Assembly (NCBI RefSeq): GCF_009914755.1 | Contig: NC_060931.1 | From: the human T2T-CHM13v2.0 reference genome, Homo sapiens | Direction: 5' to 3' (one strand) | DNA length: 64,000 nt | Notes under the pieces: generated by a model | What the model was told of the DNA's origin: nothing | The model's input: the letters and a program-made list of their open reading frames with translations, nothing else | The model's database searches: none | In this document: piece by piece, positions 55,601 through 64,000 of the stretch | Numbering within the stretch: the first letter of the stretch is position 1 | Layout: each line of letters starts with the position of its first letter | Position numbers and translations under genes: made by a program

Positions 55601-58600
55601 TCATTCTCAGAAACTACTTTGTGATGTGTGCCTTTAACTCACAGAGTTTAACCTTTCTTTTCTTAGAGCAGTTTAGAAACACTCTGCTTGTTATGTCTGC
55701 AAGTGGATATTTGGACCTCTTTGAGGCCTTCGTTGCAAACGGGGTTTCTTCCTTTAATGCTAGACTAAGAAGAGTTCTCAGTAACTTTTTTGTGTTGTGT
55801 GTATTCAACTCACAGAATTGAACCTTGCTTTAGAGAGGGCAGATTTGAAATACTCTCGCTGTGGAATTTTCAGGTGGAGATTTCAAGCGATTTGAGGACA
55901 ATTGCAGAAAAGGAAATATCTTCGTATAATTACCAGACAGAATCATTCTCAGAAAGTGCTTTGGGTTGTGTGCGTTCAACTCACAGAGTTTAACCTTTCT
56001 TTTCATAGAGGAGTTTGGAAACACACTGTTTGTAAAGTCTGCAATTGGATATATGGACCTGTTTGAGGCCTCCGTTGGAAACGGGATTTCTTCATTGAAT
56101 GCTAGACGGAAGAATTCTCAGTAAATTCTTTGTGTTGTGTGCATTCAACTCACAGAGTGGAACGTCCCTTTAGACAGAGCAGATTTGAAACACTCTTTTT
56201 GCGGAATTTGCAAGTGGAGATTTCTAGCCATTTGATGCCAACAGTAGAAAGGGAAATATCTTCAAATAAAAACCAGACAGAATCATTCTCAAAAAATTCT
56301 TTGTGATGTGTGCGTTCAACTCACATAGTTTAACCTTTCTTTTCATAGAGCAGTTTGGAAACACTCTGTTTGTAAAGTCTGCAAGTGGATATATGGACCG
56401 CATTGAGGCCTTCGTTGGAAACGGGATTTCTTCATTTCATGCTAGACAGAAGAATTCTCAGTAACTTCTTTGTGCTGTGTGTATTCAACTCACAGAGTGG
56501 AACGTCCCTTTGCACAGAGCAGATTTGAAACACTCTTTTTGTGGAGTTTGCAAGTGGAGATTTCAAGCGATTTGATGCCAACAGTAGAAAAGGAAATATC
56601 TTCAAATAAAAACTAGACAGAATCATTCTCAGAAACTACTTTGTGATGTGTGCCTTCAACTCACAGAGTTTAACCTTTCTTTTCTTAGAGCAGTTTAGAA
56701 ACACTCTGCTTGTTATGTCTGCAAGTGGATATTTGGACCTCTTTGAGGCCTTCGTTGCAAACGGGGTTTCTTCCTTTCATGCTAGACTAAGAAGAGTTCT
56801 CAGTAACTTTTTTGTGTTGTGTGTATTCAACTCACAGAGTTGAACCTTGCTTTAGAGAGAGCAGATTTGAAACACTCTTGCTGTGGCATTTTCAGGTGGA
56901 GATTTCAAGCGATTTGAGGACAATTGCAGAAAAGGAAATATCTTCGTATAATAACCAGACAGAATCATTCTCAGAAAGTGCTTTGTGATGTGTGCGTTCA
57001 ACTCACAGAGTTTAACCTTTCTTTTCATAGAGGAGTTTGGAAACACACTGTTTGTAAAGTCTGCAATTGGATATATGGACCTGTTTGAGGCCTTCGTTGG
57101 AAACGGGATTTCTTCATTGAATGCTAGACGGAAGAATTCTCAGTAAATTCTTTGTGTTGTGTGCATTCAACTCACAGAGTGGAACGTCCCTTTAGACAGA
57201 GCAGATTTGAAACACTTTTTGGCGGAATTTGCAAGTGGAGATTTCTAGCCATTTGATGCCAACAGTAGAAAGGGAAATATCTTCAAATAAAAAGCAGACA
57301 GAATCATTCTCAGAAAATTCTTTGTGATGTGTGCGTTCAACTCACATAGTTTAACCGTTCTTTTCATAGAGCAGTTTGGAAACACTCTGTTTGTAAAGTC
57401 TGCAAGTGGATATATGGACCGCATTGAGGCCTTCGTTGGAAACGGGATTTCTTCATTTCATGCTAGACAGAAGAATTCTCAGTAACTTCTTTGTGCTGTG
57501 TGTATTCAACTCACAGAGTGGAACGTCCCTTTGCACAGAGCAGATTTGAAACACTCTTTTTGTGGAGTTTGCAAGTGGAGATTTCAAGCGATTTGATGCC
57601 AACAGTAGAAAAGGAAATATCTTCAAATAAAAACTAGACAGAATCATTCTCAGAAACTACTTTGTGATGTGTGCCTTTAACTCACAGAGTTTAACCTTTC
57701 TTTTCTTAGAGCAGTTTAGAAACACTCTGCTTGTTATGTCTGCAAGTGGATATTTGGACCTCTTTGAGGCCTTCGTTGCAAACGGGGTTTCTTCCTTTAA
57801 TGCTAGACTAAGAAGAGTTCTCAGTAACTTTTTTGTGTTGTGTGTATTCAACTCACAGAGTTGAACCTTGCTTTAGAGAGAGCAGATTTGAAACACTCTC
57901 GCTGTGGAATTTTCAGGTGGAGATTTCAAGCGATTTGAGGACAATGGCAGAAAAGGAAATATCTTCGTATAATTACCAGACAGAATCATTCTCAGAAAGT
58001 GCTTTGGGTTGTGTGCGTTCAACTCACAGAGTTTAACCTTTCTTTTCATAGAGGAGTTTGGAAACACACTGTTTGTAAAGTCTGCAATTGGATATATGGA
58101 CCTGTTTGAGGCCTCCGTTGGAAACGGGATTTCTTCATTGAATGCTAGACGGAAGAATTCTCAGTAAATTCTTTGTGTTGTGTGCATTCAACTCAGAGAG
58201 TGGAACGTCCCTTTAGACAGAGCAGATTTGAAACACTCTTTTTGCGGAATTTGCAAGTGGAGATTTCTAGCCATTTGATGCCAACAGTAGAAAGGGAAAT
58301 ATCTTCAAATAAAAACCAGACAGAATCATTCTCAGAAAATTCTTTGTGATGTGTGCGTTCAACTCACATAGTTTAACCTTTCTTTTCATAGAGCAGTTTG
58401 GAAACACTCTGTTTGTAAAGTCTGCAAGTGGATATATGGACCGCATTGAGGCCTTCGTTGGAAACGGGATTTCTTCATTTCATGCTAGACAGAAGAATTC
58501 TCAGTAACTTCTTTGTGCTGCGTGTATTCAACTCACAGAGTGGAATGTCCCTTTGCACAGAGCAGATTTGAAACACTCTTTTTGTGGAGTTTGCAAGTGG

Positions 58601-61600
58601 AGATTTCAAGCGATTTGATGCCAACAGTAGAAAAGGAAATATCTTCAAATAAAAACTAGACAGAATCATTCTCAGAAACTACTTTGTGATGTGTGCCTTC
58701 AACTCACAGAGTTTAACCTTTCTTTTCTTAGAGCAGTTTAGAAACACTCTGCTTGTTATGTCTGCAAGTGGATATTTGGACCTCTTTGAGGCCTTCGTTG
58801 CAAACGGGGTTTCTTCCTTTCATGCTAGACTAAGAAGAGTTCTCAGTAACTTTTTTGTGTTGTGTGTATTCAACTCACAGAGTTGAACCATGCTTTAGAG
58901 AGAGCAGATTTGAAACACTCTTGCTGTGGAATTTTCAGGTGGAGATTTCAAGCGATTTGAGGACAATTGCAGAAAAGGAAATATCTTCGTATAATAACCA
59001 GACAGAATCATTCTCAGAAAGTGCTTTGTGATGTGTGCGTTCAACTCACAGAGTTTAACCTTTCTTTTCATAGAAGAGCTTGGAAACACACTGTTTGTAA
59101 AGTCTGCAATTGGATATACAGACCTGTTTGAGGCCTCCGTTGGAAACGGGATTTCTTCATTGAATGCTAGACGGAAGAATTCTCAGTAAATTCTTTGTGT
59201 TGTGTGCATTGAACTTACAGAGTGGAACGTCCCTTTAGACAGAGCAGATTTGAAACACTCTTTTTGCGGAATTTGCAAGTGGAGATTTCTAGCCATTTGA
59301 TGTCAACAGTAGAAAGGGAAATATCTTCAAATAAAAACCAGACAGAATCATTCTCAGAAAATTCTTTGTGATGTGTGCGTTCAACTCACATAGTTTAACC
59401 TTTCTTTTCATAGAGCAGTTTGGAAACACTCTGTTTGTAAAGTCTGCAAGTGGATATATGGACCGCATTGAGGCCTTCGTTGGAAAAGGGATTTCTTCAT
59501 TTCATGCTAGACAGAAGAATTCTCAGTAACTTCTTTGTGCTGTGTGTATTCAACTCACAGAGTGGAACGTCCCTTTGCACAGAGCAGATTTGAAACACTC
59601 TTTTTGTGGAGTTTGCAAGTGGAGATTTCAAGCGATTTGATGCCAACAGTAGAAAAGGAAATATCTTCAAATAAAAACTAGACAGAATCATTCTCAGAAA
59701 CTACTTTGTGATGTGTGCCTTCAACTCACAGAGTTTAACCTTTCTTTTCTTAGAGCAGTTTAGAAACACTCTGCTTGTTATGTCTGCAAGTGGATATTTG
59801 GACCTCTTTGAGGCCTTCGTTGCAAACGGGGTTTCTTCCTTTCATGCTAGACTAAGAAGAGTTCTCAGTAACTTTTTTGTGTTGTGTGTATTCAACTCAC
59901 AGAGTTGAACCTTGCTTTAGAGAGAGCAGATTTGAAACACTCTTGCTGTGGCATTTTCAGGTGGAGATTTCAAGCGATTTGAGGACAATTGCAGAAAAGG
60001 AAATATCTTCGTATAATAACCAGACAGAATCATTCTCAGAAAGTGCTTTGTGATGTGTGCGTTCAACTCACAGAGTTTAACCTTTCTTTTCATAGAGGAG
60101 TTTGGAAACACACTGTTTGTAAAGTCTGCAATTGGATATATGGACCTGTTTGAGGCCTTCGTTGGAAACGGGATTTCTTCATTGAATGCTAGACGGAAGA
60201 ATTCTCAGTAAATTCTTTGTGTTGTGTGCATTCAACTCACAGAGTGGAACGTCCCTTTAGACAGAGCAGATTTGAAACACTTTTTGGCGGAATTTGCAAG
60301 TGGAGATTTCTAGCCATTTGATGCCAACAGTAGAAAGGGAAATATCTTCAAATAAAAAGCAGACAGAATCATTCTCAGAAAATTCTTTGTGATGTGTGCG
60401 TTCAACTCACATAGTTTAACCGTTCTTTTCATAGAGCAGTTTGGAAACACTCTGTTTGTAAAGTCTGCAAGTGGATATATGGACCGCATTGAGGCCTTCG
60501 TTGGAAACGGGATTTCTTCATTTCATGCTAGACAGAAGAATTCTCAGTAACTTCTTTGTGCTGTGTGTATTCAACTCACAGAGTGGAACGTCCCTTTGCA
60601 CAGAGCAGATTTGAAACACTCTTATTGTGGAGTTTGCAAGTGGAGATTTCAAGCGATTTGATGCCAACAGTAGAAAAGGAAATATCTTCAAATAAAAACT
60701 AGACAGAATCATTCTCAGAAACTACTTTGTGATGTGTGCCTTCAACTCACAGAGTTTAACCTTTCTTTTCTTAGAGCAGTTTAGAATCACTCTGCTTGTT
60801 ATGTCTGCAAGTGGATATTTGGACCTCTTTGAGGCCTTCGTTGCAAACGGGGTTTCTTCCTTTAATGCTAGACTAAGAAGAGTTCTCAGTAACTTTTTTG
60901 TGTTGTGTGTATTCAACTCACAGAGTTGAACCTTACTTTAGAGAGAGCAGATTTGAAACACTCTCGCTGTGGAATTTTCAGGTGGAGATTTCAAGCGATT
61001 TGAGGACAATTGCAGAAAAGGAAATATCTTCGTATAATAACCAGACAGAATCATTCTCAGAAAGTGCTCTGTGATGTGTGCGTTCAACTCACAGAGTTTA
61101 ACCTTTCTTTTCATAGAGGAGTTTGGAAACACACTGTTTGTAAAGTCTGCAATTGGATATATGGACCTGTTTGAGGCCTTCGTTGGAAACGGGATTTCTT
61201 CATTGAATTCTAGACTTAAGAATTCTCAGTAAATTCTTTGTGTTGTGTGCATTCAACTCACAGAGTGGAACGTCCCTTTAGACAGAGCAGATTTGAAACA
61301 CTCTTTTTGCGGAATTTGCAAGTGGAGATTTCTAGCCATTTGATGCCAACAGTAGAAAGGGAAATATCTTCAAATAAAAACCAGACAGAATCGTTCTCAG
61401 AAAATTCTTTGTGATGTGTGCGTTCAACTCACATAGTTTAACCTTTCTTTTCATAGAGCAGTTTGGAAACACTCTGTTTGTAAAGTCTGCAAGTGGATAT
61501 ATGGACCGCATTGAGGCCTTCGTTGGAAACGGGATTTCTTCATTTCATGCTAGACAGAAGAATTCTAGGTAACTTCTTTGTGCTGTGTGTATTCAACTCA

Positions 61601-64000
61601 CAGAGTGGAACGTCCCTTTGCACAGAGCAGATTTGAAACACTCTTTTTGTGGAGTTTGCAAGTGGAGATTTCAAGCGATTTGATGCCAACAGTAGGAAAG
61701 GAAATATCTTCAAATAAAAACTAGACAGAATCATTCTCAGAAACTACTTTGTGATGTGTGCCTTCAACTCACAGAGTTTAACCTTTCTTTTCTTAGAGCA
61801 GTTTAGAAACACTCTGCTTGTTATGTCTGCAAGTGGATATTTGGACCTCTTTGAGGCCTTCGTTGCAAACAGGGTTTCTTCCTTTAATGCTAGACTAAGA
61901 AGAGTTCTCAGTAACTTTTTTGTGTTGTGTGTATTCAACTCACAGAGTTGAACCTTGCTTTAGAGAGAGCAGATTTGAAACACTCTTGCTGTGGCATTTT
62001 CAGGTGGAGATTTCAAGCGATTTGAGGACAATTGCAGAAAAGGAAATATCTTCGTATAATAACCAGACAGAATCATTCTCAGAAAGTGCTTTGTGATGTG
62101 TGCGTTCAACTCACAGAGTTTAACCTTTCTTTTCATAGAGGAGTTTGGAAACACACTGTTTGTAAAGTCTGCAATTGGATATATGGACCTGTTTGAGGCC
62201 TTCGTTGGAAACGGGATTTCTTCATTGAATGCTAGACGGAAGAATTCTCAGTAAATTCTTTGTGTTGTGTGCATTCAACTCACAGAGTGGAACGTCCCTT
62301 TAGACAGAGCAGATTTGAAACACTCTTTTTGCGGAATTTGCAAGTGGAGATTTCTAGCCATTTGATCCCAACAGTAGAAAGGGAAATATCTTCAAATAAA
62401 AACCAGACAGAATCATTCTCAGAAAATTCTTTGTGATGTGTGCGTTCAACTCACATAGTTTAACCTTTCTTTTCATAGAGCAGTTTGGAAACACTCTGTT
62501 TGTAAAGTCTGCAAGTGGATATATGGACCGCATTGAGGCCTTCGTTGGAAACGGGATTTCTTCATTTCATGCTAGACAGAAGAATTCTCAGTAACTTCTT
62601 TGTGCTGTGTGTATTCAACTCACAGAGTGGAACGTCCCTTTACACAGAGCAGATTTGAAACACTCTTTTTGTGGAGTTTGCAAGTGGAGATTTCAAGCGA
62701 TTTGATGCCAACAGTAGAAAAGGAAATATCTTCAAATAAAAACTAGACAGAATCATTCTCAGAAACTACTTTGTGATGTGTGCCTTCAACTCACAGAGTT
62801 TAACCTTTCTTTTCTTAGAGCAGTTTAGAAACACTCTGCTTGTTATGTCTGCAAGTGGATATTTGGACCTCTTTGAGGCCTTCGTTGCAAACGGGGTTTC
62901 TTCCTTTCATGCTAGACTAAGAAGAGTTCTCAGTAACTTTTTTGTGTTGTGTGTATTCAACTCACAGAGTTGAACCTTGCTTTAGAGAGAGCAGATTTGA
63001 AACACTCTTGCTGTGGCATTTTCAGGTGGAGATTTCAAGCGATTTGAGGACAATTGCAGAAAAGGAAATTTCTTCGTATAATAACCAGACAGAATCATTC
63101 TCAGAAAGTGCTTTGTGATGTGTGCGTTCAACTCACAGAGTTTAACCTTTCTTTTCATAGAGGAGCTTGGAAACACACTGTTTGTAAAGTCTGCAAATGG
63201 ATATATGGACCTGTTTGAGGCCTCCGTTGGAAACGGGATTTCTTCATTGAATGCTAGACGGAAGAATTCTCAGTAAATTCTTTGTGTTGTGTGCATTCAA
63301 CTCACAGAGTGGAACGTCCCTTTAGACAGAGCAGATTTGAAACACTCTTTTTGCGGAATTTGCAAGTGGAGATTTCTAGCCATTTGATGCCAACAGTAGA
63401 AAGGGAAATATCTTCAAATAAAAACCAGACAGAATCATTCTCAGAAAATTCTTTGTGATGTGTGCGTTCAACTCACATAGTTTAACCTTTCTTTTCATAG
63501 AGCAGTTTGGAAACACTCTGTTTGTAAAGTCTGCAAGTGGATATATGGACCACATTGAGACCTTCGTTGGAAACGGGATTTCTTCATTTCATGCTAGACA
63601 GAAGAATTCTCAGTAACTTCTTTGTGCTGTGTGTATTCAACTCACAGAGTGGAACGTCCCTTTGCACAGAGCAGATTTGAAACACTCTTTTTGTGGAGTT
63701 TGCAAGTGGAGATTTCAAGCGATTTGATGCCAACAGTAGAAAAGGAAATATCTTCAAATAAAAACTAGACAGAATCATTCTCAGAAACTACTGTGTGATG
63801 TGTGCCTTCAACTCACAGAGTTTAACCTTTCTTTTCTTAGAGCAGTTTAGAAACACTCTGCTTGTTATGTCTGCAAGTGGATATTTGGACCTCTTTCAGG
63901 CCTTCGTTGCAAACGGGGTTTCTTCCTTTAATGCTAGACTAAGAACAGTTCTCAGTAACTTTTTTGTGTTGTGTGTATTCAACTCACAGAGTTGAACCTT

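Larger units (their letters stand above)
1..64000 (+). repeat. Alpha-satellite higher-order repeat array, 1022-bp 6-mer HOR, ~62.6 copies, uninterrupted, single orientation
   Basis: Alphoid monomer motifs (CATTCTCAGAAA, TTCAACTCACAGAG, TTTGAAACACTCT) recur every ~170 bp. Near-identical sequence recurs every 1022 bp (ORF track 652, 1674, 2694, 3716 ... 62982: 61 periods = 62330 bp = 61x1022 minus 12 bp of small deletions). Confidence 0.99.

Noticed and set aside
232-63995. Roughly 200 short ORFs (64-67 aa) on both strands
   Set aside because: They recur with the 1022-bp period, resemble each other because monomers are paralogous, appear and vanish with single SNVs, and resemble no protein family I recognise. 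They are chance open frames in satellite DNA.
1-64000. CRISPR-like or other repeat-spacer prokaryotic system
   Set aside because: There are no unique spacers and no cas or other genes. Sequence between conserved motifs is itself repeated, and the motifs are those of alpha satellite.
1-64000. Transposon insertion (L1/Alu), inversion or non-satellite island
   Set aside because: Periodicity and strand orientation are unbroken throughout, with no poly-A tail, target-site duplication or foreign segment.
1-64000. Assignment to the chr1/5/19 SF1 array or other SF1 arrays
   Set aside because: Three clearly distinct dimers with a rigid 1022-bp period and a 340/682 EcoRI pattern fit D7Z1 better; not formally excluded without alignment to reference HORs.
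1-64000. Claim that this window is the kinetochore (CENP-A / hypomethylated) site
   Set aside because: That position is epigenetically defined and cannot be read from sequence; homogeneity and CENP-B boxes indicate only an active-type array.

Overview
The whole 64 kb window is primate (almost certainly human) centromeric alpha-satellite DNA: about 62.6 head-to-tail copies of a 1022-bp, 6-monomer higher-order repeat (HOR) built from three ~340-bp dimers (340+342+340). CENP-B boxes (CTTCGTTGGAAACGGGA and variants) sit in every second monomer on the + strand. The 169/171-bp dimer structure indicates suprachromosomal family 1, and the 6-mer period with 340/682-bp EcoRI fragments best fits the chromosome 7 array D7Z1 (from recall, not aligned). 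I see no genes, RNA genes, transposons, CRISPR arrays, inversions or monomer-number variants; all listed ORFs are by-products of the repeat. I found no new protein-coding system. The informative structure lies in single-base variants between HOR copies: nested multi-HOR duplications (2044, 4086, 4087 and 9198 bp periods), an inferred 5-HOR block that expanded and contracted, an on/off alternation of the third CENP-B box, a short conversion tract between monomers, clustered substitutions, and more private variants after ~52 kb. All variant positions and counts were read by eye and need confirmation by alignment.
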